From the IMG/VR virus record IMGVR_UViG_3300044878_000086, positions 1 through 44,661 of that record: 44,661 nt of DNA. One strand, 5' to 3'. The notes below the pieces were generated by a model that was not told the DNA's origin, made no database searches, and saw only the letters and a program-made list of their open reading frames with translations. This document shows, piece after piece, positions 24,980 through 36,063 of the stretch (the first letter of the stretch is position 1; every line of letters starts with the position of its first letter). A program made the translations under genes and the position numbers. Source of the DNA: a virus (lineage: Duplodnaviria; Caudoviricetes).

Positions 24980-27880
24980 ATGGCGCAAGAATCACGCCTC
25001 GCGATAGTCATCGATTCAAGGCCAGCAGAGAAGAATGCCGACAGCCTGAGCGAATCGCTACAGCGCGTAGAGAAGGCGGGCGATAGCGCCGCTGCATCCG
25101 TTAGTGGCGCCAATACCAGCGTCGACCTGCTTGGCAAAACAGCAGGCAAAACAACTGCGCCGCTTGAAAAGGCGTCTCGGGCGCTGTCAGCAACCGGCAT
25201 GACCGCTGCGCAAACGGCCAACAATCTGCGCATGCTGCCGGCGCAAATCACGGACATCACCGTTGGCCTGGCCACTGGGCAAGCACCGCTGATGGTATTC
25301 CTTCAGCAAGGCGGCCAGCTCAAGGACATCTTCGGCGGCGCGATCCCGGCACTAAAGGCGGTCGGCGGCTACATCGTCGGCCTGATCAACCCGTTCACCC
25401 TGGCGGCGGCGGCTGCTGCATCGCTGGGTGTGGCCTACTTCCAAGGCTCCAAAGAGGCCGAAGGCTTCAGCAAGGCGCTGATCGCCAACGGTAACGCAGC
25501 CAACACCGGCACCGATGAACTGATCAATGCCGCCGAACAAGCGTCACGCATGGGCGTCTCGGTCGGCGCAGCAGCAGAAGCGCTTACCAAGCTGGCAGCT
25601 TCGGGCAACCCGGTCACGATCATGTACGCCGGCATGGCAGCGGCGGCGGTCAAGTGGTCGAGCGCTACGGGCGAGTCCATTGATGAAGTGGTCGCCAACT
25701 TCGGCAAGATCGCCAAAGACCCAGTAAACGCCATCCGTGAGCTGGACAAGGAACTGAATATCCTCACTGCCACGCAGTACGAGGAAATCCGGGTACTCCA
25801 GGAGCGAGGCGAGAAGCAACAGGCCGCCATGGTGGCGGAAGAGGCCTATGCCAGTGCGATCAGCCGTCGCGCAGACGAGATCAAAGGCAATCTCGGCACC
25901 CTTGAAAGCGCTTGGGGTGCGATCACCGGCACAGCCAAAAAGGCTTGGGATGCCATGCTCAACATCGGGCGCCAATCCACGCCTGAGCAGGAACTGGCCG
26001 GCGCCTACGAGGCACTGGCAAAGCTGAACAAGCAAGGCCAAAACTCGATCGTGGGTAGCTCTGCCGACTTCAAGAAGCAGATGTCCGAGGTTGAGGCCGA
26101 GATTTCACGCCTGCAACTGACGATCGCCAACAACGGGTCGAAGGCCCTGGACGAGGCCTACACCCGCACCCGTGAGACGGCCGCCAAGGCGGCGATGGAC
26201 ACGCTGCGCACCGCCACCGCTGATTCCATGTCCGAACTGGACAGGCTGCAAAAGAAGCTGCAAGAGCTTGATGTGGCTAAGAAGACCGCCACCGATGCCG
26301 GGGCATTTGGCGAGAAGCAGCAGGCCGAATACGCCAAGGCCCGCGCCGGATACGAGCAGAAGATTGCCGATATCAAGGAGCGGGAGGCAAAGAAGAACAA
26401 GCCGAAAAGCGAAAATGGCGCACTGAGTGCGGCCGAGTCCACGTTCGCCAGCCTGTACAAGCAGGCTGACCCGGCACTGGCCGCACAGCGCGAGCTGACC
26501 AAGCAGCAAGGGCAGCTGCAGTTGGCGCTGGATCGCGGAAAAATCAGCCAGGTTCAGTACAGCGAAGCGCTGGCCCAGGCCTCGCGTAACTATGCAGCCG
26601 TGATCGCCAAAACCGGCGAGCTGTCGCAGGCCGAGCAGTACCGCCTGCAGATCCAGAAGCAGCTGCAGAACCAGCAGGACGCGGCCAACGCAGCGGCGGC
26701 AGCGGTCGGCATGGGTAGTGAGCGTGCAGGACGCGAACAAGAACGCCTGAAGTTGGAGAAGGACACCAACGACCGGCTGCTGGAGTTGCGCACCGAACTG
26801 GCGAACGCCCAGGGCGAGAAGCAGCGCAAGGCCTTGCAGGACCAGATCGACATCACCAACGAGATGTACCCCCAGCAAGTCGCCATCATGGAGAACGGCT
26901 GGGCGCAGGTGGATGCCGCGCAAGAAAACTGGCTGAACGGCATCTCGTCGGGCTGGGATAACTACCAGGCCAAGGTCGCTGACGTGGCTCTGCAAACCGA
27001 AACGGTGATGAGTGATTCGCTCGACTCGATCACCGCCGGTTACGGCAGCGCCTTTTCGAAAATGGCCTTGGATGGGCAGACCTTCGGCGAAGTCAGTCGC
27101 GGCGTGTTCGACAGCCTGGCGCGTACCGTTCTTGACGGTCTCGGCCAGATGGGTGCGCAGTGGCTGGTGCTGCAGGGCATCAAGATGGCCTTCGGGCAGA
27201 CCGAGCAGGCCATGCACATTGCCCGGCTGGCCGGCATTTCCACCGAAATGACCGCCGAAGTCGCCAAGGAAGCCACGGTAACCGCTGCCAAAGTCACCGC
27301 AGACGGTGTCGCCACGGCGTCCTCCTTGGCCGCAACCGCCACCACCACGACCGCACAAGTCGCCGCCGCTGGCACCACGCTGTCGGCCTGGTTGCCTGCT
27401 GCCTTGGTGTCGTCTATCGGAACCTTTGGCGCAGCGGCAGTCGTCGGCGGCACCGCCTTGCTCGCCGCCTTCGCGCTGTTCAACGGGTTCTCTGAGGGAG
27501 GTTACACCGGTCCGGGCGGCGTCAATGATCCGGCCGGTATCGTCCACAAGGGCGAGGTGGTCTGGTCACAGGCCGATATCAACCGGTTCGGGGGTGTCGC
27601 CGCAGTTGAGGCGATGCGCCGTGGCGAGGCCATGCCGGCGGGAGTCAGCTCATCTGGCGGCAGTACCTCAAAGCCTTCTGGCGGCGCGACCAGTACCGCG
27701 CCAAGTGAAAGACCGCTGACCGTCAACCTGCATGAGGATGCCAGACGGGCGGGCCAGGTCAGTCGTCGCCAACTCGGCGAGCAGGACGTGATCGACATCT
27801 GCGTTGCCAACATCCGCGGCGAGAGAGAGCTGCACCAGACGTACCAGGAAAAGTACGGGATGCAGTCACAAGGTGTCTAA
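24980..27880 (+). CDS. tail tape measure protein
   Basis: 966 aa, Ala-rich helical; QQGGQLKD motif; [15 protein letters not shown]. Confidence 0.93.
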   Translation: MAQESRLAIVIDSRPAEKNADSLSESLQRVEKAGDSAAASVSGANTSVDLLGKTAGKTTAPLEKASRALSATGMTAAQTANNLRMLPAQITDITVGLATGQAPLMVFLQQGGQLKDIFGGAIPALKAVGGYIVGLINPFTLAAAAAASLGVAYFQGSKEAEGFSKALIANGNAANTGTDELINAAEQASRMGVSVGAAAEALTKLAASGNPVTIMYAGMAAAAVKWSSATGESIDEVVANFGKIAKDPVNAIRELDKELNILTATQYEEIRVLQERGEKQQAAMVAEEAYASAISRRADEIKGNLGTLESAWGAITGTAKKAWDAMLNIGRQSTPEQELAGAYEALAKLNKQGQNSIVGSSADFKKQMSEVEAEISRLQLTIANNGSKALDEAYTRTRETAAKAAMDTLRTATADSMSELDRLQKKLQELDVAKKTATDAGAFGEKQQAEYAKARAGYEQKIADIKEREAKKNKPKSENGALSAAESTFASLYKQADPALAAQRELTKQQGQLQLALDRGKISQVQYSEALAQASRNYAAVIAKTGELSQAEQYRLQIQKQLQNQQDAANAAAAAVGMGSERAGREQERLKLEKDTNDRLLELRTELANAQGEKQRKALQDQIDITNEMYPQQVAIMENGWAQVDAAQENWLNGISSGWDNYQAKVADVALQTETVMSDSLDSITAGYGSAFSKMALDGQTFGEVSRGVFDSLARTVLDGLGQMGAQWLVLQGIKMAFGQTEQAMHIARLAGISTEMTAEVAKEATVTAAKVTADGVATASSLAATATTTTAQVAAAGTTLSAWLPAALVSSIGTFGAAAVVGGTALLAAFALFNGFSEGGYTGPGGVNDPAGIVHKGEVVWSQADINRFGGVAAVEAMRRGEAMPAGVSSSGGSTSKPSGGATSTAPSERPLTVNLHEDARRAGQVSRRQLGEQDVIDICVANIRGERELHQTYQEKYGMQSQGV

Positions 27881-27893
27881 TGCGTTAATATAG

Positions 27894-27911
27894 GGTCCCT
27901 TGCTAGGGACC
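27894..27911. promoter_or_regulatory. 18-bp perfect palindromic operator-like site
   Basis: GGTCCCT-TGCT-AGGGACC, just after TAATAT (27886-27891). Confidence 0.8.
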
Positions 27912-27924
27912 GCACGGAGCCCAA

Positions 27925-28410
27925 ATGAGCAACCCCATCAACATCGCCTACGCCTCAGTCGGAAATGACCTGTTCGTCGATACGATCGAGGCGACCTGTT
28001 CCGCGTGGGCGGCACCGATCCTCATTTGCTCCGGCTATGAGGATCGCGTCTGCGGCACAGAGGACGGGCGCACGCTCGTCTTTTTGGCGATGGCGGTGGA
28101 AGAGGCTCTGCCCGTGAGCGACAACAGCGGATACCAGAACTTGAACATTGCCTTGGACAACACCGACGGCAAGGTGCAGACGGCGATCGAGCTGGCGCGC
28201 GCAGCCTCGGCGCGTGTCGTGCTGACGAAGCGTCGATACCTCGAAAGCAATCTGACCTACCCGGCAGAGCACTATCGACTGTCGGTGCTTAACCGGCAGT
28301 ACGCCAACGACGTGGCCACGCTGACGTGCGGCCTGTACGACCTGCTGGGAACGGCATTCCCACGCAAAAAGCTGACTTCCACCGTCGCGCCCGGGCTGAT
28401 CTTCATATGA
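27925..28410 (+). CDS. minor tail protein (DUF1833-like)
   Basis: QNLNIALDN..RRYL..FPR..APGL. Confidence 0.75.
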   Translation: MSNPINIAYASVGNDLFVDTIEATCSAWAAPILICSGYEDRVCGTEDGRTLVFLAMAVEEALPVSDNSGYQNLNIALDNTDGKVQTAIELARAASARVVLTKRRYLESNLTYPAEHYRLSVLNRQYANDVATLTCGLYDLLGTAFPRKKLTSTVAPGLIFI

Positions 28411-28790
28411 AGTGTCTTTCGGATTACCTGTCGGCACCTTACCGGGACGGAGCGCGCGGGCCGCTGGCTTTCGACTGCTACGGCCTGGTCAACGCTGTGC
28501 GGCACGAAGTGTTCGGCCTGCCTCTGCTGCCATCGCTGGGCGGTGTCGGTCGATCCAAGTTGCGAGAGAACACCAAGGCCTACCGAGAGGTCAGCGCCGG
28601 TCTGGAAGAGTGCCTGCCAGAGCCTGGCGCCATTGCCTCGGCACTGATTGGAGAGTTCCTAGATCACGTCGGCGTGGTCGTGTACCTGGACGGCCAGCTG
28701 AAGGTGTTCGACACCAACCCGGGCGGCCCCCGCATTCGCACCGTGCGTGACTTCGAGTCGCGCTATCAACGAGTGGTGTACTACAAATGA
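28407..28790 (+). CDS. NlpC/P60-like tail tip assembly protein
   Basis: PYRDGARGP..FDCYGLV..HVGVV. Confidence 0.8.
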   Translation: MKCLSDYLSAPYRDGARGPLAFDCYGLVNAVRHEVFGLPLLPSLGGVGRSKLRENTKAYREVSAGLEECLPEPGAIASALIGEFLDHVGVVVYLDGQLKVFDTNPGGPRIRTVRDFESRYQRVVYYK

Positions 28791-31700
28791 CCGTTGAATT
28801 CTTCCCCAACAAAATGGCCGGATGCCAGCCGCTGGCCACCTACACCACGCGCGATCGCATGACGATCGAGGCTTGGATCAAGGGCATGACGGAACACTAC
28901 CGTCGCGCCCCAGTGCAGCCGGTCAGCGTCGAGCTCAATGGCGAGATGATCTGCCCGACGCTCTGGCACAAGGTCAAATTCAAACCATCCGATCACGTCC
29001 AAATTTGGAACGAGCCGAAAGGCTCCGACCCGTTCACGATCACCGCCCTGCTGATTGTTGCCGCATTTGCCGCGACCAAGCTGCTCATGCCCAAGATGCC
29101 CGGGATGCCGTCAAATACTGGCGTAGCCCAGGGCAGCCCGCTCGACGAGGCCAGCGCCAAAGGGAACAAAGTCAAGCTCGGCGAGCTGATCCGCAACATC
29201 GCCGGGCACCAGAAGGTGTACCCGTCGTACCTGGCCGAGCCGCGCACCTGGTTCGCCGCCCCCCGCGAAAAATGGGTGGAGATGTTGCTGTACATCTCCG
29301 AAGGCCTGGTAGACGTTCCGGTCAACAAGCTCAAGGTTGGCGAAACCCCGCTGATCTCCCTTGGCTCTGATGCTCAGGTGGCGATCTACGCCCCGGGCGC
29401 TGACGTGTCGGCCGATACCGCCTCATGGTTGTGGTTCAACGCCAAAGAGGTGGGCGCCAGTTCCAGCGGTACGTCCGGCCTGGAATTGACCGTGTCGACC
29501 AACCTCACCCCGTCCGCCACGGCCTCGGCCTATCAGTTCAATGGCGACACGATTGCCATCCCGGCCGGCGCTGGCAGCTTCCCGACCGACTGGGAGACGG
29601 GTCTGGTTATCCGCGCGCTCGCCCCGTATGTGTACACCGTGGTCGACGGTGGCGCCGGTCGCGACATCGTGCAAGGCCCTCTGGAAATGCTCGCCCCTGT
29701 GCCCGGCATGCTGATCGAGGTGGCCGGGGCGAACGCGGGCAACTACGTCGTCAACACCTTTACGCCGTATGCGGCGGCCGTGCCGCCAACCTCCGGCACT
29801 GCTTCGACAATCCTGGGTTCGAGTGTCCCGGCGCGCTACGACTTCAACGTGACGCCGCTGTCGGTCACCGTGACACTCGGTAGCACGCCGTATGCTGTCA
29901 ATCTGACAACAGCAACGACCGACCTTGCCGGCCTGGTCTCGGCCTTCAACACCGCTAAGGGCTCTGCGCCATTCCTCGCCAGCGCCTCATCTGGTCGCCT
30001 GCTGATCACTCAGTTCGGCACCTTCGGCGGCGAAACGATGGTGGCCACCGGTGGCGCGGACATCCTCGGCAGCAGTCCGACCAATACCACTGGAACGCCG
30101 GCCAGCGCGGGCACGCCAGAGGTACCGGCGCAAATGACCCTAGACTACGACGGCGGCGCACCGGTGACCGGCCTGGCGCTGGGCTCTGGCCTGGCCACCA
30201 TCGGGCCGCGCGGCCTGCGCTACCGGATCACGGCGTTTAGCCCATCGATCATGACTGTTGACCGACTCACCGCATCAGGCTCGGTGGATGCCGGGTGGAT
30301 CGGATTCAATGCGATGGAAACCGTAAACGGCTTGGTCACCCTGGACCCGTCCAGCTTGTCGGGCGGCTATCGCGGGCCGTTCTCCTGCGCACCCGAGGCG
30401 GAGAAGGTGACGCGCATCGAGTGGACCGTAACCTACAACCAGGGACTGATCGGTCTAGGCCGAAAAGGTGATGAATACGCGATCTACTCGCAGCACCAGT
30501 TCGAGTATCGCGACATGGATGTCGCCGGTGCGTGGACCGTGATCACGAAATCAGTCACCGGTCACTCGCGGGATGCGCAAGGCTTCACATTCTGGGTCGA
30601 CCTGCCTTACCCGATGCGACCGGAATGCCGGGTCAAGCGACTACCCAAGGGCGGCGGCGCCAACAGCAGCGAGTGGATCGACAGCCCGGCGTGGGAAAGT
30701 CTGCGCGGTCTGCGTCAGACGCGACCGACCAGCTACCCGGGCATGACCGTCATGTCGGTGAAGATTCGCGGCGGTGATCGGCTCTCTGCGCAAGCGGAAA
30801 GTCAGGTTAACGGCGAGGCAACCCGCGTGCTGCCTGTACGCTCGGGCGGGGCTTGGCAGGCTCCTGTAGCAACCCGCGGCATCGTGCCATGGTGCCTCAA
30901 TGTGCTGAAGTCGCTGGGCTATGAAGACGGCGACATCGACCTTGCCGAGTGGGATCGGCTGGACCCGGTGTTCAACGCCGCTGGCCAGTATTACGACGAG
31001 ACCATCGACGACAGCAGCACGGCCAAGGATCGCCTCAACGATGCATTGGCGTGCGGCTTTGCCGAGTTAACCATCAAGAATGGCCTGGTCAGCCTGGTGC
31101 GTGATGAGCCGCGGGCGATATTTGATATCACCTACGGCCCGAAGACGCAGACCTATAGCCCTCAAAACATGACGAAGAAGCTCAGCATCGCCGGGCCGCT
31201 GACCTCGCTCAACGACATCGACGGCGTGGATGTCGAGTATTACTCGAACATCACCTGGGCCTGGGAGACGGTGCCGTGCCGCTGGCCAGGCGATGCCGGC
31301 AACAAGGTCGAGAAGGTCAAGCTGCCGGGTGTTGGTGATCGGGATCGAGCGTACCGGTTCGGCATGCGCCGCCGGGGGCACCAGCTGTTCCGCCAAGACA
31401 CCTACAGCTGGGAAACCGAGCTGGCCGGCATGAACTCGGGCTACCTGAGCTTCTGCGCGGTGGCCAGCGATACCCCTGGGCAATGCCAGAGCGCCGAGCT
31501 TGTCAGCGTTACGGCTGTCAGCGGCGGCTTCGTGCTGGAGTCGTCAGAGCCGATCGACTGGTCAGCGCCTGAGATCTACAAAGTCGGCATCAGTCGTGCC
31601 GATGGCTCTCTCTCTGGTCCCTACCAGGGGACGCAAATCGACGAATACCACGTCCAGGTCGCCGATCTCGACTTTGTGCCCGGCACCAGCATGAGCGGAA

Positions 31701-31855
31701 ACATGAAGCTGCCTCAGCTGCTGATCGGGCCTGCGTCGAAGTGGGCCTACCCGGTGCTCGTCACGCGCTCCGACCCATCCAACGGCAACGTCGCACTCAA
31801 GGGCATGCCCTATGACGCCCGCGTTTACACCTACGACAGCGCCACGGCGCCATAA
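28787..31855 (+). CDS. tail tip / host-specificity protein (gpI-J-like)
   Basis: 1022 aa; GNKVKLGE, RDEPR, DGVDVEY, YDARVYTYD. Confidence 0.85.
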   Translation: MTVEFFPNKMAGCQPLATYTTRDRMTIEAWIKGMTEHYRRAPVQPVSVELNGEMICPTLWHKVKFKPSDHVQIWNEPKGSDPFTITALLIVAAFAATKLLMPKMPGMPSNTGVAQGSPLDEASAKGNKVKLGELIRNIAGHQKVYPSYLAEPRTWFAAPREKWVEMLLYISEGLVDVPVNKLKVGETPLISLGSDAQVAIYAPGADVSADTASWLWFNAKEVGASSSGTSGLELTVSTNLTPSATASAYQFNGDTIAIPAGAGSFPTDWETGLVIRALAPYVYTVVDGGAGRDIVQGPLEMLAPVPGMLIEVAGANAGNYVVNTFTPYAAAVPPTSGTASTILGSSVPARYDFNVTPLSVTVTLGSTPYAVNLTTATTDLAGLVSAFNTAKGSAPFLASASSGRLLITQFGTFGGETMVATGGADILGSSPTNTTGTPASAGTPEVPAQMTLDYDGGAPVTGLALGSGLATIGPRGLRYRITAFSPSIMTVDRLTASGSVDAGWIGFNAMETVNGLVTLDPSSLSGGYRGPFSCAPEAEKVTRIEWTVTYNQGLIGLGRKGDEYAIYSQHQFEYRDMDVAGAWTVITKSVTGHSRDAQGFTFWVDLPYPMRPECRVKRLPKGGGANSSEWIDSPAWESLRGLRQTRPTSYPGMTVMSVKIRGGDRLSAQAESQVNGEATRVLPVRSGGAWQAPVATRGIVPWCLNVLKSLGYEDGDIDLAEWDRLDPVFNAAGQYYDETIDDSSTAKDRLNDALACGFAELTIKNGLVSLVRDEPRAIFDITYGPKTQTYSPQNMTKKLSIAGPLTSLNDIDGVDVEYYSNITWAWETVPCRWPGDAGNKVEKVKLPGVGDRDRAYRFGMRRRGHQLFRQDTYSWETELAGMNSGYLSFCAVASDTPGQCQSAELVSVTAVSGGFVLESSEPIDWSAPEIYKVGISRADGSLSGPYQGTQIDEYHVQVADLDFVPGTSMSGNMKLPQLLIGPASKWAYPVLVTRSDPSNGNVALKGMPYDARVYTYDSATAP

Positions 31856-31864
31856 GGACGGCAC

Positions 31865-32320
31865 ATGATCCAATACCCGGAAGGCCTGCCGTATCCGCTG
31901 CGCGACGGCTACGACATGAACACGACGGACCCAGCCGCCCACACCCCGTTGGCGAACGGCCAGATCATATCGCGCCGCAGGTTTAGCAATGTCCCGACCT
32001 TCCCGTCAGTCACCTGGGAAATGGACGACGGCCAGGCGCAGCTTTTCATGGCCTGGCACCAGTACACCCTGAACGAAGGTGTCGAGTGGTTTGACTGCCC
32101 ACTCAAGACGCCGATCGGCATTGACACCTATCAAGCCAAATTCAAAGAGATGTACAGCGGGCCAACTCTCGTTGGGATTTCCCGCTGGCGCTTCAGGGCC
32201 GTCCTGCAGCTGCTCAAGCGCCCAATCATCGACAAGGACTGGCTGATCTACGCCCCCGAATACGTCCTGTACTCGAACATCGTCGACCTCGCCGCGAATC
32301 GCGAGTGGCCGGAGGCATGA
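31865..32320 (+). CDS. distal tail protein (gpM/Dit-like)
   Basis: YPEGLPYPLRDGY..RRRFSNVPT..EGVEWF..LKTPIG. Confidence 0.7.
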   Translation: MIQYPEGLPYPLRDGYDMNTTDPAAHTPLANGQIISRRRFSNVPTFPSVTWEMDDGQAQLFMAWHQYTLNEGVEWFDCPLKTPIGIDTYQAKFKEMYSGPTLVGISRWRFRAVLQLLKRPIIDKDWLIYAPEYVLYSNIVDLAANREWPEA

Positions 32321-32378
32321 CCGTGGATGCACAAAAAACCAATTCGCCCATCGGGCTACGCATGCCTGGAGCTAACGC

Positions 32379-34625
32379 ATGACCATATACGCCACGTTCA
32401 ACCCGATCGGCAGCACTAACCCCAAGGACCTCATCGACAACGCGCAGAACATCGATTACCTGACCCTTGGGCCGCTGCTCAGCTACCCGGATCGGAGAGG
32501 CGTCAACCGCCTTTCGTGGGCAGGCATCGAAGCATCGTTTGCAGCGGCGCAGGCTCAGCGGAACGCAGAGCACGCTGCGGATCAGGCGCGACGCGAGTCT
32601 GAGTTCGACGCCGATCAAAGCCTGCGCGAAGTTCAATTCAACGCATACCTGGACTCGACAGGATTTGAAAACCCTCCGCTGAATTATGTTGACGGTTCGC
32701 CGCTTGTGGTTGCCCGAGTTACGCAGCTTGTGGTTCGTAGCGGAAATTTGTACACGGTTCGTCGTCCGGCTTCGTTTCCCTATACGCTAACCGGAACGTG
32801 GGCGACCGACCAGACCCACTTAGTTTTGCGAAACGATCAATCCGTGCGCCAAGACCTTGCAAGCTATACGGACCCTTTGTTGGGCTCATATATGGTTGGG
32901 GGGTCATTTCGTGTCGTAAACGTTAAAGACTATGGCGCAGTTGGTGACGGTGTTACCGATGACACCGCTGCTATTCAAGCGGCTTTGAACTCTATTACCA
33001 ACAGTGCGCTTACCACGCAGCAGCGGTCAGGCGGGGCAACGTTAGTCTTTCCAGTCGGCGTATTTTTGATTTCAAAGCCATTGGTCATGAAGTCGGTAAA
33101 CACCACCATTCGCGGGGCTTGCTCAGGTGCGTCAATACTTCGCGCAACCACAGGCACGTTCTCTGCTGATGTAGGCTCTTCTTTGCTGGGCCGATGGATG
33201 ATTATTTGGGACGCCGCTTACACGCTTAGCGGTGACGACCTGTACAACTGCCATATATTCGACATGTCGCTTGACTTCAACAACCGAACTGACGTTAAAG
33301 GTATATGGATTGGTGGCGGTCGAAATTCGTCGTCTATTGAACGAATCACGTTCATTCGCTTCTATACACACCTTATCGAACTCGGCAAGTCCGCCCGCGA
33401 TATTCACTCAATCACTCAAGGATTCCTAGTTAGTAACTGTTCGGCTATATGGGACGGAAACGTTGGGCAACACACAGTAGACCGCGACGGGCTTCTATTT
33501 GTTATCTCCGGTGGTAACGAGAACACGTTTTTTAACGTTGACGCAGTATCGGGCGCCGGCGAAACGTCTATCGGGACTGCATTCATGGTTGGGTCAAGTA
33601 CCTATAACTGTGGCGGGAACAGGTTCATTGCGTGTACTGGTGCCAACCTTAAGGCAGCCCACATAACTGTTGGTAGCGTAACAGGCTTCGTGGTTGGCGA
33701 GACTGTAACGACCGGTGACGGCTACAAGGGCGTTATTTCATCGGTTGTAGGATCCGTACTAAAGGTCATTACTCCGACTGACGGCACCTCGAAATACGTT
33801 CCCCGCGCATCGGACACCATTGTCGGCGGAACTAGCGGGGCAACCACAACGATTACGTCTGCGGTATTCGGTAAAATTTGGCACCTCGCTAACTCTTGGA
33901 GCACCATAATTTCCGACACCAAGGCTATCGAAGCTTCGACCTGTGGTGTTTTCATGGACTACAGCACAGCCGGATTTTGCAACCAGAACGTCGTTCGCGG
34001 CGGTCGTTTCTATGCGTTTACCGCGTCGTGTTACGTGGCCTTTGGGCGCTCTCAGTTCAACCGTTGCGAAGCGGACGTGTACACGTCGCCGGTTTCGGTG
34101 CTGATAGGTGCGCAGTACGCAGCCACTCATTTCCATACGGTTGGTTCGGCTAACGCAGGACTAATCAAATTTATATCCACCGACCCGACCAACTCTGCGA
34201 TCGAGTACCTGTCCACCGGTGGTTTGAACGTGCGGAACTCTGCAAACACAGCCGTGTTTGAAGGTAAGAACGGCACAGGCGGCGTCAAGGTTGACGCCTT
34301 CCAAACCACTCTGTTCGATGCGGGACGGGTACGGATAACCGACCGAGACGGAAACTTCAGGTTGTCAACTGAGAATGCGCCCTCAGGCGACATTGCGCTG
34401 TTTGACAGTACTGGCAATAAGCGGGTTATTGTGAATTCGGACGGCACAGTTACAGTCAACGCCGCATCCGGTAAAAACGTTGTAATCCAGCAAAACGGCG
34501 TACACAAGATTGCTGTAGGTGGTTCGGGTTCGATTCATTTGTACGGGCTTACCACCGCAGTTCCTAGTTTCGCAGAAGCGCTGTACAAACTGGCAGACGG
34601 TACGGTGAAAATCACTGCGCCGTAA
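32379..34625 (+). CDS. tail spike with pectate-lyase-3-like beta-helix (putative depolymerase)
   Basis: NPIGSTNPKDLIDNAQN anchor; VNVKDYGAVGDGVTDDTAAIQAAL; lower-GC C-terminal part. Confidence 0.85.
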   Translation: MTIYATFNPIGSTNPKDLIDNAQNIDYLTLGPLLSYPDRRGVNRLSWAGIEASFAAAQAQRNAEHAADQARRESEFDADQSLREVQFNAYLDSTGFENPPLNYVDGSPLVVARVTQLVVRSGNLYTVRRPASFPYTLTGTWATDQTHLVLRNDQSVRQDLASYTDPLLGSYMVGGSFRVVNVKDYGAVGDGVTDDTAAIQAALNSITNSALTTQQRSGGATLVFPVGVFLISKPLVMKSVNTTIRGACSGASILRATTGTFSADVGSSLLGRWMIIWDAAYTLSGDDLYNCHIFDMSLDFNNRTDVKGIWIGGGRNSSSIERITFIRFYTHLIELGKSARDIHSITQGFLVSNCSAIWDGNVGQHTVDRDGLLFVISGGNENTFFNVDAVSGAGETSIGTAFMVGSSTYNCGGNRFIACTGANLKAAHITVGSVTGFVVGETVTTGDGYKGVISSVVGSVLKVITPTDGTSKYVPRASDTIVGGTSGATTTITSAVFGKIWHLANSWSTIISDTKAIEASTCGVFMDYSTAGFCNQNVVRGGRFYAFTASCYVAFGRSQFNRCEADVYTSPVSVLIGAQYAATHFHTVGSANAGLIKFISTDPTNSAIEYLSTGGLNVRNSANTAVFEGKNGTGGVKVDAFQTTLFDAGRVRITDRDGNFRLSTENAPSGDIALFDSTGNKRVIVNSDGTVTVNAASGKNVVIQQNGVHKIAVGGSGSIHLYGLTTAVPSFAEALYKLADGTVKITAP

Positions 34626-34683
34626 CGCATCAACTTAAAAGCCCCTTGCGTAAAGGGGCCAACCCCATTTCGAGGCGACTGCC

Positions 34684-34938
34684 ATGGCTCTTAAACAAAC
34701 CGTTAACTTTCGCGGAATCAACATACCAGACGCTTACATTAAAATCGGCGTGCTTATGATTCATTCCAGCAACGACCATATTGAATTTTCGACGCAATAC
34801 ATGGCATCTGGCAGTGATACACCGTTTAACAGTAAAACCGTCACATGCAATTACAGCTTGCTAGGGGAAAACCCAATTAAGCAGGCTTACGAATATTTAA
34901 AAACTCTTTCCGAATTCGAAGACGCAACCGACTGCTGA
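34684..34938 (+). CDS. small tail-spike-associated protein
   Basis: NPIKQAYEYLKTL.EF.DATDC; low GC like the spike. Confidence 0.65.
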   Translation: MALKQTVNFRGINIPDAYIKIGVLMIHSSNDHIEFSTQYMASGSDTPFNSKTVTCNYSLLGENPIKQAYEYLKTLSEFEDATDC

Positions 34939-34958
34939 CCGCTATCTGAACCACAAGC

Positions 34959-34982
34959 AGCCCGCCACTGAGCGGGCTTTTT
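34959..34982 (+). terminator. intrinsic terminator
   Basis: AGCCCGC-CACTGA-GCGGGCT-TTTT. Confidence 0.75.
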
Positions 34983-34999
34983 CATTCCTGGAGAAAGGC

Positions 35000-35551
35000 A
35001 TGCCGATCACCTCGCAGCAACTGCTGCAAATCCTCCCTAACGCCGGCAAGCAGGCTGGCGTTTTTGCCTCAGCGCTCACGCTGTCCATGGACAAATACCA
35101 GATCAACACCCGCCTGCGCATGGCCGCCTTCATTGCCCAGGTCGGTCATGAGTCCGGCCAGTTCCGCTACGTGCGCGAGCTGGGCGGCGACCAGTACCTG
35201 AGCAAGTACGACACCGGGCCGCTGGCTGCACGCTTGGGCAACACGCCAGAGGCTGACGGCGACGGGCAAAAATACCGTGGCCGTGGATTGATTCAAATAA
35301 CAGGCCGCGACAACTACCTAGCATGCAGCAAGGCCCTGTTCGGCGATGACCGCCTGCTGCGCACGCCCGAGCTACTTGAGCAGGCCGAATGGGCGTGCAA
35401 GTCGGCGGCCTGGTTCTGGAATTCTCGCAACCTGAACGCACTGGCTGACAAGGGTGACTTCCAAGGGATCACCCGTCGAGTCAATGGCGGGCTGAATGGC
35501 CTGGCAGAGCGCGAGGCCTTCTATAAGGCAGCGCTAAAGGTGCTGGCCTGA
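35000..35551 (+). CDS. endolysin, glycoside hydrolase family 19
   Basis: AFIAQVGHESG, YRGRGLIQITGRDNY, SAAWFW, TRRVNGGLNG. Confidence 0.93.
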   Translation: MPITSQQLLQILPNAGKQAGVFASALTLSMDKYQINTRLRMAAFIAQVGHESGQFRYVRELGGDQYLSKYDTGPLAARLGNTPEADGDGQKYRGRGLIQITGRDNYLACSKALFGDDRLLRTPELLEQAEWACKSAAWFWNSRNLNALADKGDFQGITRRVNGGLNGLAEREAFYKAALKVLA

Positions 35552-35569
35552 TCGGTTGCGGGCATTCGG

Positions 35570-35824
35570 TCATGGCTTTTCCTTCTCGAGCAAGTACGCC
35601 GGAAGGGTCAGAGGCCAGAGCGCGCCCGCCACAACGGCCAATAGCAACATCGCAGGCACTGCTAGTGCGCAGATTACAGGACTGAAGCGCCCTAGCATCT
35701 CGACAGGTACGCGCTCCTTATCGGCGAACTCGCGCATCCATTGTGGAAGCTCACGACCGATGAAGAACACGAACAGGATCGTCGTAGCGATTGCGCCGGC
35801 CAGGTACAGCGACCATAGGCTCAT
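35570..35824 (-). CDS. membrane hypothetical protein
   Basis: MSLWSLYLAG.., two TM segments, ATGA-coupled to the upstream ORF. Confidence 0.55.
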   Translation of the reverse strand: MSLWSLYLAGAIATTILFVFFIGRELPQWMREFADKERVPVEMLGRFSPVICALAVPAMLLLAVVAGALWPLTLPAYLLEKEKP

Positions 35825-36063
35825 GACTTCACCTGCTTGCGGTATCCCATGTCGAGCATCTCGCTGACGATCTTCAGGCGGAACTGCCATTGCTCTTCCG
35901 TCTCTCCATCCGTCCAGCCTTCGCCAGTCATGGTGTTGAGCGCGTAATCCCTTGCCTTCTCCCGTTCGGCGCCTGCGATCTGCTCGGGCGTGCGGATTGG
36001 ACGGAAGCATGCAGGTCGCGCCTGCTCAACTTGAACTCGGCCAATGTCTGGATTGGTTGCCAT
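35821..36063 (-). CDS. hypothetical protein
   Basis: FRPIRTPEQIA..GYRKQ motif typical of phage early proteins. Confidence 0.6.
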   Translation of the reverse strand: MATNPDIGRVQVEQARPACFRPIRTPEQIAGAEREKARDYALNTMTGEGWTDGETEEQWQFRLKIVSEMLDMGYRKQVKS

